A DNA stretch of 64,000 nt from Octopus vulgaris (lineage: Eukaryota), in NCBI GenBank assembly GCA_951406725.2, contig OX597817.1, positions 59,458,001 through 59,522,000 on the forward strand, written 5' to 3'. Positions within the stretch are counted from its first letter, which is position 1; the number at the start of each line of letters is the position of its first letter. A program made the translations under genes and the position numbers. The notes below the pieces were generated by a model. It worked only from the letters and a program-made list of their open reading frames with translations, was not told the origin of the DNA and ran no database searches. Positions 13,611 through 25,808 of the stretch are shown here, piece by piece.

Positions 13611-14019
13611 TAGTGAGGCAGACTGAGAGAGGGAGAGACTTGACCACTGGGGAAATCATGACAAAGAGCTGGAGACACAAGTTATAAGACAAAGTGAAAC
13701 AGGGAGAGAGAATGTTATCAAAAGATATAAAATGATTGCTTCTGAGGCCGACAGTTTTGAGAAGGGATTTGCTAATACCATACACCCCAGCACTTAATTT
13801 GCACTCTGTTTTATCCATCCCAAAATGGCTAAAAGCAAATTTGACAATGTCTGCTGGATTTGAACTCAGAATGAAAAGAGCTGGAACAAATATCTGTGAG
13901 GTGTTTGTTGTTTCCAACGTTCTAGCAATTCTGCCAACCCCATGTCTGATATGGGGGTATCTGGGTTTGTTCTTGTTATATGTGAATATTTGTCACTTCA
14001 TTAAGAAAAATTAATGTGT

Positions 14020-14433
14020 TTAACCCTTTCATTACTGTATTTTTGTTGAGATGCTCTGTGTTTCTTTCAATTACTTTAAATCATCATCATCATCATCATC
14101 GTTTAACGTCCGTTTTCCATGCTAGCATGGGTTGAACGGTTCAACCAGGTCTGGAAAGCCAGGAGGCTGCCCCAGGCTCCAGTCTGATCTGGCAGTCTTT
14201 CTACAGCTGGATGCCCTTCCTAACGCCAACCACTCCGTGAGTGAAGTGGGTGCTTTTTACGTGCCAGGGGAGGCTGGCAACAGCTGCTATTGGGTGGTGC
14301 TTTTAACTAGAGTTATGAACATAAATTGTGGCTAAGGTATGGTGGAAGAATTTAATTCAAAATTTATGAAAACAAAACATTTGTACTCAGAGCCAGAGGC
14401 TGGTTTCAGCCAGGTTGGTGACAAAAGGGTTAA
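14020..14433. mobile_element. piggyBac-type MITE interrupted by an RTE-tail insertion
   Basis: TTAA|CCCTTT ... AAAGGG|TTAA. Same family as 50110-50338. Confidence 0.8.
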
Positions 14434-14869
14434 GAATTGTTTCTCTATTATATATTTTAACAATATTGTTATAACAGAGTAAGTTAGAAAGAGAACAGAA
14501 GTTACAAAGAAATGAAGCTAAGATTAAAAATAAGACAAAAAGTAGCAGAGTAGGTGAGAGAAGTGAATGAAAATTGTATAGAGGGAACTGTCGGAGTCAG
14601 CAAAGATGGTCTTCACAAACAATAAGAAAAGCAAAGTTTTATTTTTATTGACATTTATATGGGGAAAAATTGGGAACTTAAGATTTTACTATAATTTTAA
14701 ATTGATTGAAAGAGTTTTGTTCAGAGTTTAGGGTTCTGTAAACAGTTCCTAGGGGTTCTGCGAGAAAGAGTGAGATAAGCTAATGCTAATTTCATGATCG
14801 TAATATTACTATACATGCACAATATATTATTGGTTATTGTAATATAGACATCGTCCTATCTAACCTATT

Positions 14870-15960
14870 ATGTTATCAAAAAAATATAACAAACATGGAG
14901 GTGGATGCTTTGAGAGCATAGCTGCTAGAATAAGAATAGCCCGGGCAAAGTTCAGAGAGCTCCTACCTCTGCTGGTAACAAAGGACCTCTCGCTCAGAGT
15001 GAAAAGTAGACTATATGACATGTGTGCTACACAGCAGTGAAACATGGGCTGTGAGTGCTGAGGACATGTGCAAGCTTGCAAGAAATAAAGCTAGTATGCT
15101 CCAATGGATGTGTAATGTCAGTGCGCATACTTGACAGAGTGTAAACGCCCTGAGAGAAAAATTGGACATAAGTAGCATCACATGCAGTGTGCAAGAGAAA
15201 CAGCTGGGCTGGTATGGTCACATGTTATGTATGGATGAGAACAGCTATGTGAAAAAGTGTCACACCCTAACAGTGGAGGAAACTTGTAGAAAAAGTAGGC
15301 TCAGGAAGAACTGGGATGAGGAGGTGAAGCATGACCTTTGAACGTTGGGCTTCAGAGGCAATGACAAGCGATCAAGACCTTTGGAGATATGCTGTGCTTG
15401 TAAAGACCTAGCTGGCCAAGTGAGACCATAGCTGTGGCCTATGCCAGTGTAGCATAACCAGCCCATTTAAGAGTACAATTCAATCACTTGGCAATAAACT
15501 GTGCTTGAAAAGACCTGTTGAGTCAATTGAAATCATTGTTGTGGCTGATGCCAATACCACCTGACTGGCACCCGTGCCAGTGGCACATAAAAAGCACCAT
15601 TCAAGTGTGGTCAATGCCAGTCCCACCAGACTGGTTCCCATGCCAGTGGCATGTAAAAAGCACCATACAGCTGTGGTTGATGTCAGTGCCAACTGACTGG
15701 TCCCGTGCCAGTGGCATGTAAAAAGCACCATTCAAGTGTGGTTGTTGCCAGTACCGTCTGACTGGCTCCCATGCCGGTGGCATGTAAAAAGCATCCACTA
15801 CACTCCCAGAGGGATTGGCATTAGGAAGGGCATCCAACTTTAGAAACCTTGCCAGATCAGATTGGAGCCTGGTGCAGCCTTCTGGCTTGTCAGCCCTCAG
15901 TCAAAGCATCCAACCCATGCCAGCATGGAAAGTGGACGTTAAACAATAATGATAATGATG
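14870..15960 (+). mobile_element. 5'-truncated RTE (ORF end, 3' UTR with internal repeats, GAT tail)
   Basis: RIARAKFRELLPLLVTK-like translation, then repeated gtggcatgtaaaaagcacc units and the common tail. Confidence 0.85.
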
Positions 15961-17099
15961 ATATATATATTTACCACATGAACTACAATGAAAAAATATG
16001 AGGAAGATATGGTATATAATTTTTTTTTTTGTGCAGGGTTTCCTTGAGACACATAATTTATTTTAAGGGTTACGCAAGGGTAAAAAGGTTGAGAGAAACA
16101 CTGGTCTAATGTGTTTCCCAAGCTGTTAAAATATATAAATTTTTTTTTCAAGGCAGTGAGCTGGCAGAAATGTTAGCGCGGTGGGTGAAATGCTTAGTGG
16201 TATTTTGTCTGCCGCTACGTTCTGAGTTCAAATTCCGCCGAGGTCAACTTTGCCTTTCATCCTTTCGGGGTTGATTAAATAAGTACCAGTTACGCACTGG
16301 GGTCAATATAATCGACTTAATCCATTTGTTTGTCCTTGTTTGTCCTACCCTTGTGGGTAGTAAAAAAATATGTAAAAATATATAAATTTTATAAGAAAGC
16401 AAGAAAATTTCCTGAAGATGAAAGTTCATAGTGATCCTGTGTAGACAAATACAAATGCGGGAAAACCATACAGTAATGTCTTTGATGAGACAGAAGAGAA
16501 TTTGGGAGATCCTTCTTGTTGATTCAACCTAGAGAGGTGAGAGAAATCCTTAGGATCATCATCATTTAATATCCCTTTTTCCATGCTAGCATAGGTTGGA
16601 CAGAACAAGAACAGACATGCCAGAGGGCTCTGCCAAGTTCTATGTCTGCTTTGGCATAATTTCTACAGCTGGATGCCTTTCCTAGTGCTGGTCACTTAGT
16701 AGAATGTACTGGGTGTTTTTCATTTTTTTAAATTTTGTGGCACCAGTACTAGTAAGGTCACCAAGTACCTACAGGATAAGACCCCTCAACTGAGCAGGGT
16801 ACAGACTGGTAAAAGAAACAATGATAGAAAGAGAGCAGGAGGTGTGTTACTGAACAGGTGAGTACATGGCATGCTCACCTGGAAAGTGAGAGAGAATAGA
16901 AAAAGATGAGAGGTCCAGGTACGTGTTTATGAGACAGAATAGAAAGTTCACTGGGGGAAAATAGTGTGACAGATGATTAGGGATGAGGAATGGGTTGGAC
17001 ACAAGAGGATATTGGTTCAGTGTAGTGGGAAAGGAAGAAAATAGGAGATGAGTTGTGGGGGTAGGCTTGACAGAGACTCGATTCTACTGAGATAGACTG

Positions 17100-17645
17100 G
17101 TCTTCTCAAGTACAGTGTAACACCATTCATTTATCTTGGTCCACCACCATCTCCTCTCAGAGACTCAACATCATGGGGTAAGTCTACCACTTTGTTCTAT
17201 GTCTTCTTAGATCAACCTCTTCTATATATTCCTTCTGCTTTTAGGGATTAGCACTTCTTTATGCAGCTGTCCTCATCCATCCACACCACATGGCCATACA
17301 GTGCAATCTTCTCACCTGCACACCACTTATGATGCCTCTTATGCCCAATTTTTCCCTAAGCACATTTGTATTTTGTCATACATGCACACTGACATTGCAT
17401 ATCCATCAGAACATACTTGTTTCATTTCTTTGAGGTCTTCGCATACCCCCTGCATTCAAAGCCATGTAGCATTGCTGTTCATACACAGGCATCATACAAT
17501 CTGGCTTTCATTGTGAGAGAGGCCTTTTGTTAGCAACAGAGATAAAATTCTCAGAGCTCTTTCCAACCAATTCATATTTTAGCAACTATACGTTCAAAGT
17601 ATCCTCCTCCACTGCTAATTAAGTCATTTATGTAACAGAAACTCT
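17100..17645 (-). mobile_element. Old RTE 3' ORF fragment
   Basis: Homologous to 9270-9780. Confidence 0.7.
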
Positions 17646-17646
17646 C

Positions 17647-18230
17647 TACAGGGTGCTGCACAAAAAGTAACCCAGAATTTGTGACATAGTTTAAAAACAG
17701 AAATAAATTTACACGCATGAAAAAGCATCCAACCTTTTGTTTGCAAAGGGCACCATTCGTGCATGATCGTTACCAGCATCGCCTTACTGGCACCTGTGCC
17801 AGAGGCATGTGTAAACAGATTCGAGTGAGGTCATTGCCAGTACCGCCTGACTGGCCTCTGTGCTGGTGGCACGTAAAAAGCACCCCTTACACTCTCAGAG
17901 TGGTTGGCATTAGGAAGGGCATCCAGCTGTAGAAACTCTGCCAGATCAAGATTGGAGCCTGGTGCAGCCATCTGGTTTCACCAGCCCTCAGTCAAAATCG
18001 TCCAACCCATGCTAGCATGGAAAGCGGACATTAAACGATGATGATGATGATGTCATTGTATCATTTCAACCACTTGTAATTGCTGAACAAAGATGAAGCA
18101 CTGGTCAACTGTTTGCTACATTATCCTCACTTTTTTAGTTGATTGTAAGATTGCATTAAGATGACGAACTCAGAAAAGGAAAGAGTGGAGATTGTGGAAG
18201 TGTATGTGAGAATGGGTTCTGTTAGACACA
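17647..18230 (+). mobile_element. 5' relic of a rosa/DD41D-like Tc1-mariner element
   Basis: TA|CAGGGTG-type end and MTNSEKERVEIVEVYVRMGSVR at 18161. A further relic LSDGGHIHHSGQLNTQ lies at about 19569-19616. Confidence 0.5.
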
Positions 18231-19122
18231 TTCTGTATTTACACTATGGACCACAGGCCACTTTTTCATGCATTCCTTGTACTACTCCTAGGATCCTTCT
18301 GAGTATTTCAGAACATCTATTTCCTGATCTTATTTATTGCTCCTGCACATCTGCCACAAACAAATTTTACTTCCTCTATCAACCTAACTTTGATTCCACT
18401 GCATCTCTTATATGCCCACAGTTTGCATTGAACACACTGTATGGAATCTCTGCCAACACCTTGTCTACCTATGGAACAGGGCCGTTTATCCAAAGGGATT
18501 AGTGTTCTTCTGATTAAAATTTTTGTAAGTGATGAACAGGAAGTGTAAGTAGTTCTTTACAGCTGTTTCTGGAGTTGGTGCATCTTATAAACAGATCTAT
18601 GCATTTTAGTTACATATAAATTAGATTGGTGCAATCTACTGTATATGAAGCAGCAGAGTATAAATGATATGAATGACTTAGCGCATATACAAGAAACTGC
18701 ACCAGTCTATCAGACAGTTTCTGTCCAAATGCATCCACAAGACGTTGGTCAATTTAGAGTTATAGAAGAAGACACTTGACCAAGATGCTATGCAGTGGAA
18801 TGGAACCCAAAACCATGTGGCAGCAAAGCTAACATTTTAACTACTCACCCACAGCCTGCATATGGATTATCTTTTCATAGACTTTATCTGTTTATAATTA
18901 GCAAATTGAGTGGAAACAATGTAGAGACAAAAGAGTGCTTTGGCCTTGAAACTATTTGCAAATTGCAGAGATAAACTTTATGAACACATTATGTAACACT
19001 GCATCATGTGACACACGGAACACTTAGGTAAATGTCACCTTCTTTGATGTTTTTCTAACAAAGACCACCTGGAATATGTATGTATACAAACATACATACA
19101 CACATGCACACACAACTTACAT

Positions 19123-19167
<45 letters not shown>

Positions 19168-19428
19168 TATATATATATTCTTGTAAGCTGTTTGAAGCAT
19201 GACAACTGTTTCAGCTGCCATTTTCCCTTGCAAGAAACAGAATTTCAGGGAAGCATGCTGTTCCTTCATATCAAGCATCACAAAAATTTATGAGCAGAAG
19301 TACAACAACCGCTACCGCCATTTCGCAGACTGATGCCTGAGGATCACATCAATGGCTTCTAATGACAGAAGCCTGAACTACAATGCATTTGTTCCACAGA
19401 GAACGTTTCCAGTTACTTTTGGGTACTC

Positions 19429-19461
<33 letters not shown>

Positions 19462-20298
19462 TTGGACTTGCATTTAAGAAAGTGCAGTTTCTCAAATGAT
19501 TAAAGGAACTGACTACACCTTCTGAACCCTTGATTGATCCTCACCTAATTTCATGGTCCAGATGAATTCTTAGTGATGGAGGCCACATTCACCACAGTGG
19601 GCAGCTGAACACACAGTTTACCAAATGCAGACTAAAAAATCCTGACAACCATGTTCTTTACAAAGTGTACTAAGCATGTATTACATGGCACCAGCACTAA
19701 AGGGGTCGCTATGTCCTTGGCATTACTAAAAGTGCCACAAAACCCCATGTCTGGAAACTCACCAGCTTATTAACAAGGGGAAAAGCATGGAGGATAGGGG
19801 TTGAGAGGGAAGTGCATTAAGCAGTGGGGTGGTAGGAGTACTCAGCCTTCTGAGATAGATGTGAATATATCAAAGGCAATGCAGATATATACAGGAGTGT
19901 GGTGTCACAGAGGTTTATGTGACCCAAACAACAGGGTGCTGACTGCAGCTTATGTTATATAGGAGAGGAGGAGCAAGAGTTGAGTGGCAGGAAAGGGGGT
20001 GGAAGGGGAAATGGTAGATTAGGCTGGATAGAAGTGGTTTAATGTAGCCATGTAAGTATAGATTAAAAAACACTGTTGAGTGATTAAAGGGTCGACTGAG
20101 GAAATGAAAAATAAGAGCTTCCTATGCCAATGAAAGGGCTGTTAAGGACAAGGTCAGAGAAGAGGCAGTAGGATTCTTAGTTACATTGGCAACAATGTAC
20201 AGCAGGAATTGAGAAGATGGAGTGATTGGGAGATAAACAATAGACATGCATGGCAAAACAGAAAATGAGTAATAACGGCATTGGGGAGAGAGTCTAGT

Positions 20299-20342
<44 letters not shown>

Positions 20343-20353
20343 TATAGTTATGG

Positions 20354-21629
20354 TATTAGGCCGTCAAGTATGAAATTTGTAGTAAGATATACAGTAAACT
20401 TTGACAGCTGTTTGTTTTGCACCATTATAGTATTTTGACAATCTTTTTTTTTTTGTTAAAAAGCTGACACATCTATTTCTTTATTCTAACTCATTTTGCA
20501 CTTCAAAAAGTATTTATAAATCGTTTCTGATATTTTTGTTTAGAGAGGGATAAGTTGGAAATTTATACAGTTTTGAAATATGAGTTCTGTCTTGGAAATA
20601 CAGCATCACAGACAGCTCAGAATATTAATGGAGTATTTCATTCTAATGTTATTACACAGCAGACAGTATCAAATTGGTTTGCAAAATTTCGTTCTCGTAA
20701 CTTTGACCTCAGAAATGAGCAACGCTGTCGACCAGAAACAGAGGTGGATAATGACGAACTGAAAGCCACCGTTGAGTCAGATCCATCTCAAAGTGCCCGT
20801 GAATTATCGTTGTTGTTTGGTGTTAGCAAGCAAACAATACTGACTCACCTAGCTCTAATCGGTAAAGTGAAAAAGTTGGATAAGTGGGTTCCACATGAAC
20901 TCAATGAAAATCAGAAACAACAACATTTGGAAGCCTGCATTATGCTACTTTCTCATCACAAAAATGAATAATTTCTGAATCGAATTGTAACATGTGATGA
21001 GAAATGGATCTAATACAGCAACTGTAAACGTTCAGTACAATGGTTAGACAAAGACGAGCCACCAAAATACAGTCCAAAAAAGCAAAATTCATCAAAAGAA
21101 GCTGGTGTGTGCTTGGTGGTCTGGTGCAGGTGTGATCCATTATGATTTCATTAAACCTGGCTCATCAATCATGGCCAAACTATACTGCAGCCAACTGGAC
21201 CAAATGATGCAGAAACTTACAAAAAAACAGCCTAGATTAGTCAACAGATTCACTCCTATTTTATTGCAAGACAATGCCAGATCACACATTGCAAAAATGA
21301 TATTGGCGAAACTACAGGAGTTGGAGTTGGAAGTTCTCCATCATCCACCATATTCACCTGATCTTGCCCCCACTGACAACCACTTCTTCCAGAATTTGGA
21401 TAACTTTTTGATAGGACAAAAATTTAATTACAACGATGCTATAAAACAGACCTTCCAAGATTTTATTGACTCTAGATTGCCAGGCTTTTACAGTTCTGAA
21501 CCAGACAAGCTACCACTGAAATGGCAAAAGTATATAGATAATATGGGTGCATACTTTGATGAATAAAACTATTTCTTGTATTTATAAAACATTAGAAAAT
21601 TTTTTTCCTTTTCTACAAATTTCCTAATA
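20354..21629 (+). mobile_element. Near full-length mariner (DD34D) transposon, inactivated
   Basis: WVPHEL, TCDEKW, LQDNARSH and HPPYSPDLAPTD motifs. Termini TATTAGG...AAATTTGTAG and CTACAAATTTCCTAATA. Confidence 0.95.
20555..21566 (+). pseudogene. Mariner transposase pseudogene
   Basis: Two ORF halves joined through KNE*FLNRIVTCDEKWI*Y (two stops) and one frameshift in an A-run near 21080. Confidence 0.92.
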
Positions 21630-21759
21630 TTTTCTGCTAAGTACAGAGTAGAGTACAGTATAAAACTCGTCCACTTTCAGATGTGTTATCCAGTAGCAGT
21701 GTTATACGTACTTCCAGGTTTGCATTTGAACTTCTGTCATGCATGAATAAATAATTGGA

Positions 21760-21990
21760 AAAATGGGAGACAACAAGAAGGTGCACGGTTGGACATTTAT
21801 TTTCAATCACTACAATTGTTTCTATGTGACATAGTTCCCCAGGTGTGCATATATTTACATATCGCCTGAGGAAACACAACAGTTGCATAATCAAGTCACC
21901 TGTGCACCTGGAGAACTACGTTGCATAGAAACATTTGTAGAGAATGAAAATAAATATCCAACTGTACTCCTTCTTGTTGACTACAATTTT
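21760..21990. repeat. Imperfect inverted repeat (about 90-bp arms) with degenerate hammerhead-like motifs
   Basis: Arms about 21760-21849 and 21903-21990. Minus: CAC CTGGGGA actatg tca cata GAAA CAATTG TA GTG. Plus: CAC CTGGAGA actacg ttg cata GAAA CATTTG TA GAG. Confidence 0.7.
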
Positions 21991-22034
21991 GTCAATTACA
22001 TATATATGTATGTTTGTATGTATGTATATGTGTT

Positions 22035-22096
<62 letters not shown>

Positions 22097-22334
22097 AGAA
22101 ATAATGAAGAGAGACAAAAGACAGGTTACCAAAATATATTCTTTTGTGAAATCCTATGCACCAAATCATGGGCTAAAAATATCTAGATATATAAAAATAC
22201 TCAAAATATATTAAAAATACATTAAAAATATATAGATATATATATAGTAAGAATTTACAAAAAAACAAAAGATGAAGACGGGTTTGTAAATAACAAACAG
22301 ATGTATTAGTTGAACGCTCTGGAAGTGAGAAAGT

Positions 22335-22370
22335 CTTTTACGTTTCGAGCCAACGCTCTTCGACAGAAAG
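22335..22370 (-). ncRNA. Minimal hammerhead motif with variant core (CUGUCGA)
   Basis: CTTT|CTGTCGA|A GAGC gttg GCTC|GAAA CG TA|AAAG. Stems I and II are perfect, stem III is the palindrome ACGT, A6 is replaced by U. Confidence 0.65.
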
Positions 22371-22779
22371 GAACACAGAAATAAACAGGGAGAGAAAATA
22401 AAAAAGGTTTAGCAGCTAGTAAAGGTGCATGAGTGGCTGTTTGGTAAGTAGCTTGCTTACAAACCACTAGGTTCCAGGTTCAGTCCCACTGTGTGGCACC
22501 TTCAGCAAGTGTCTTCTGCTATAGCCTCAGGCTGACCAAAGCCTTGTGAGTGGATTTGGTAGACAGAAACTGAAAGAAGCCTGTCATATGTGTGTATGTG
22601 TCTGTGTCTGTGCCCCCAGCATCGCTTGACAACCAATGCTGGTGTGTTTACGTCCCTATAACTTAGCAGTTCGACAAACGAGACCAATAGAATAAGTACT
22701 AGGCTATACAGTTTTTATACTTAAGAAGTGAGGAATTATTTACATTTGGCAAATATTTGTCCTCATCTTGTTTGTTGTT

Positions 22780-22820
22780 AACGTTTCGGCTGATATACTC
22801 TCTAGCCTTCATCAGGTGTC
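22780..22820 (-). ncRNA. Hammerhead motif, damaged copy
   Basis: GACAC CTGATGA A GGCTA..CAGCC GAAACGTT. Lacks the 5 nt that form the 3' strand of stem I in the plus copy. Confidence 0.6.
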
Positions 22821-23060
22821 TTGGGGAAATTTTGAACCTGGTTTCTCATTCCTAAGGTATTTTTCTATGTTATTATTATTATTATTCAGGTCACTGCCTG
22901 GAATCAAACTCAGAATCTTGGGATTAGTAGCCACTACACCATATGCCCACAAGTTACTAACCCCAAGATTCCGAGTTCGATTCCAAGCAGTGACCTGAAT
23001 AATAATAATAACATTGAAAAATACCTTAGGAATGAGAACCCAGGTTCGAAATTTCCCCAA

Positions 23061-23106
23061 GACACCTGATGAAGGCTGGAGGGTATATCAGCTGAAACGT
23101 TGTGTT
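23061..23106 (+). ncRNA. Minimal type I hammerhead ribozyme motif
   Basis: GACAC|CTGATGA|A GGCTG gagggtatat CAGCT|GAAA CG TT|GTGTT. Core intact, stem III ACGT, cleavage triplet GUU. Confidence 0.8.
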
Positions 23107-23785
23107 AACAACAAACAAGATGAGGACAAATATCCGTCAAATGTAAATAAGTACTAGGCATACAAAGAATAAGTTCTGGAATTGATTTGTTCAACTAAAG
23201 GCAGTGCTCCAGCATGGCCACAGTCAAATTACTGAAACAAGTAAAAGAATATAGATATATATAAATATGTTAAGAATATACAAAAATATAATCCTTACTT
23301 TTTAAAAACGATATTAAAACATAAAAGATATTGTAAATCTATGGGGGGTTTCTAATTCACTTAAAATCTGAGTGAAGAGAAAATTGTAAATCCATGTAAA
23401 AGTTTAAAATCCAGAAGTTTATATCCGACGGTCATTTCATTGTGCCCTATATAGAGAGATAATTCTATCTCTAAAAAATATATACATACATACATAAACA
23501 CATATATGTATTCTTTTACTTGTTTCAGTCATTAGACTGGCCATGCTGGAGCACCACCTTGAAGAATTTTGGTCAAATGAATTGACTCAATATTTATTTT
23601 CTAACTCTGGTACTTATTCTATCAGTCACTTTTGCCAAACTGCTAAGTTACAGGGACATAAACACACCAACACCTGTTGTCCATCAGTAGTGGGGGGGGG
23701 GCAAAAATAGACACACACAGAGTAGAAGACACTGAACCCAGAAGCATATAGTTAGGAAAATAAACTGCTTACCACATAGCCATGC

Positions 23786-25110
23786 ACAGCGTGTGTCCCC
23801 AAAATGTGTTTACACTCTCATTTCCTTTTAGATTTAACTCATTGGAAATAAGGGAGCCAGATTGAACTTTGAAGAAAGGAAATTTACCATAAGATTCTGT
23901 TGAAAGTTTGAAAATGCAGTCAAAGTGCAAAGACAGTTTAGGATGGAGTTCCAACGGATCCACCGATGTTGTTCATCATCACCTGAATTAGAGATTGGAA
24001 CCATTCAGAATGTCCACAAGAAATGTTCCAGAAGACTATGGACATTGGACAAGCCCCACAAAGTAAGAAAGGGTACTTGAAATGTTATTCCAGGATTCAA
24101 GAAATCTGTGCAGTAAGCAAGTCTGGATGTAGGAATTTCAAAATTAAGGGTCCGTTGCATTTTAAAGTGCTATCATTGGGATAGTTCCATTCCAAGAATA
24201 GTCCATGTTCTCAATGAAGATGATCCAGATCAAAGAGTAGTGTTTTGGAAATGGTACTTGGAAAGATGTGTACACGATGCACACTTTCCAACAAAGATTA
24301 TTTGGGGTAATAAGGCTAAGTTTAAATTCAAGGTCTCAATTAACTTCCACGATTGCACATCATGGGGACCTGAAAATTCACACATTACAAAGGAACATCA
24401 CGTCAATTCACCAAGAGTTACATTATGGTACAGCTTATCATCAAAAGGACTAATATTGATCCATTTTGTTTTTTATGGTACTGTGACTGGTTCCATTTAC
24501 TTGAAAAGCTGCAACAATATATATTTCTTTACTGCCCACAAGGGGCTAAACATAGAGAGGACAGACAAAGGGATTAAGTCGATTTCATCGACCCCAGTGC
24601 GAAACTGGTACTTTATTTATCGACCCCGAAAGGATGAAAGGCAAAGTCGACCTCGGTGGAATTTGAACTCAGAACGTAACAACAGACGAAATACTGCTAA
24701 GCATTTCACCCAGCACTCTAACGTTTCTGCCAGCTTGCCACCTTTATATAGCTGCAATAATATAGCATTCAAGTGGACTTTGAAGGTGTAGTTTTATTTC
24801 CAGCAAAATAGGGCAGCTCCACATAATGCAAGGGCCTACCTTAATGGGATTTTACCAAATAGTTACAGCAAAAAGGTTTAGTATAATATTCTCTACATTC
24901 ACTGAATCTCACTCTCATAGACATTTTCTTATGGGGATACTTAAATGATAAAGCTTATGCTGCAAAACCAGCTGCAGTTGAACCGAGGGCAACCACCGAG
25001 CAAGAAAGCACACAAATACCAAACAAAAAATTTCTTGATGTCTGCAATTTCATTGCTATGAATATGCAAAGTACCTGGACCAGAATGGTCATCAGTTTGA
25101 AAAGAGGCAT
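23786..25110 (+). pseudogene. rosa/DD41D-like Tc1-mariner transposase pseudogene, interrupted by SINE B
   Basis: RLNFEERKF...VQRQFR, WGPENSH..VNSPRVTLW, GTVTGSIYL, YFQQNRAAPH, DIFLWGYLNDKAY and QNGHQFE. Confidence 0.85.
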
Positions 25111-25694
25111 TCATTAAAAGAAATAGATATATTCTCTCTGTAGATTCTACTCATCATCATCATCATTGTTTAATGTCCGTTTTTTGTGCTAGCATGGGTT
25201 GGACAGTTCCACTGGGGTCTGGGAAGCCAGGAGGCTGCACCAGGCTCCAATCTTGATCTGGCAGTGTTTCTACAGCTGGATGCCCTTCCTAATGCCAACC
25301 ACTCCATGAGTGTAGTGGGTGCTTTTTACGTGCCACCGGCACAGGTGCCAGAGGAGGCTGAAAATGGAAAGTATTTCAATAAACGCAGACTTTATAATTA
25401 TTAATGTATGTATACATTTTGGACAAACACACACACACACACATACACACATTTTCATATGTATTTGTGCATTCTTTGATAATTTTGACATGCAGCCCGT
25501 TTTGCTTAAAGTGTGGGGTTGGTAGAAAGGGACATCTGCTTCTGCCCCAGCCTGATCAGTCATTAATGATTGTTAGTAATTTGTAATTAATTACTATGGA
25601 AACATCTGGCTGTATGTCAGAGCCCTCTGATTGCTGCCAAATGATTGCATAGATCTTGTTTCTTTCTGATATAGAAAACGATCACCAAGCAAAC

Positions 25695-25808
25695 CTGGAA
25701 TGAGAAATTGGTATGGCTGACCGGAATGAGAGAAATTGATCTGGCTGACCGGAATGAGACGAATTGACACAGCTGACTGGAATGAGAGAAATTGATCTGG
25801 CTGACTGG
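25695..25808. repeat. About 28-bp minisatellite, 4 copies
   Basis: ctggctgaccggaatgagagaaattgat-like units. Confidence 0.85.

Larger units (their letters stand above)
22705..23150. mobile_element. Inverted dimer of a tRNA-headed, hammerhead-bearing element
   Basis: Arms 22736-22929 and 22955-23150. TSD AATAAGTACTAGGC at 22691-22704 and 23146-23159. Confidence 0.85.
22425..23250 (+). mobile_element. SINE family A split by a hairpin/hammerhead insertion
   Basis: The family A sequence stops at aataagtactaggc (22704) and resumes at 23146. Confidence 0.85.

Noticed and set aside
15560-15800. Repeat-spacer-like array resembling CRISPR
   Set aside because: Spacers are homologous to each other, the array is internal to a eukaryotic retroelement UTR, and there are no cas genes.
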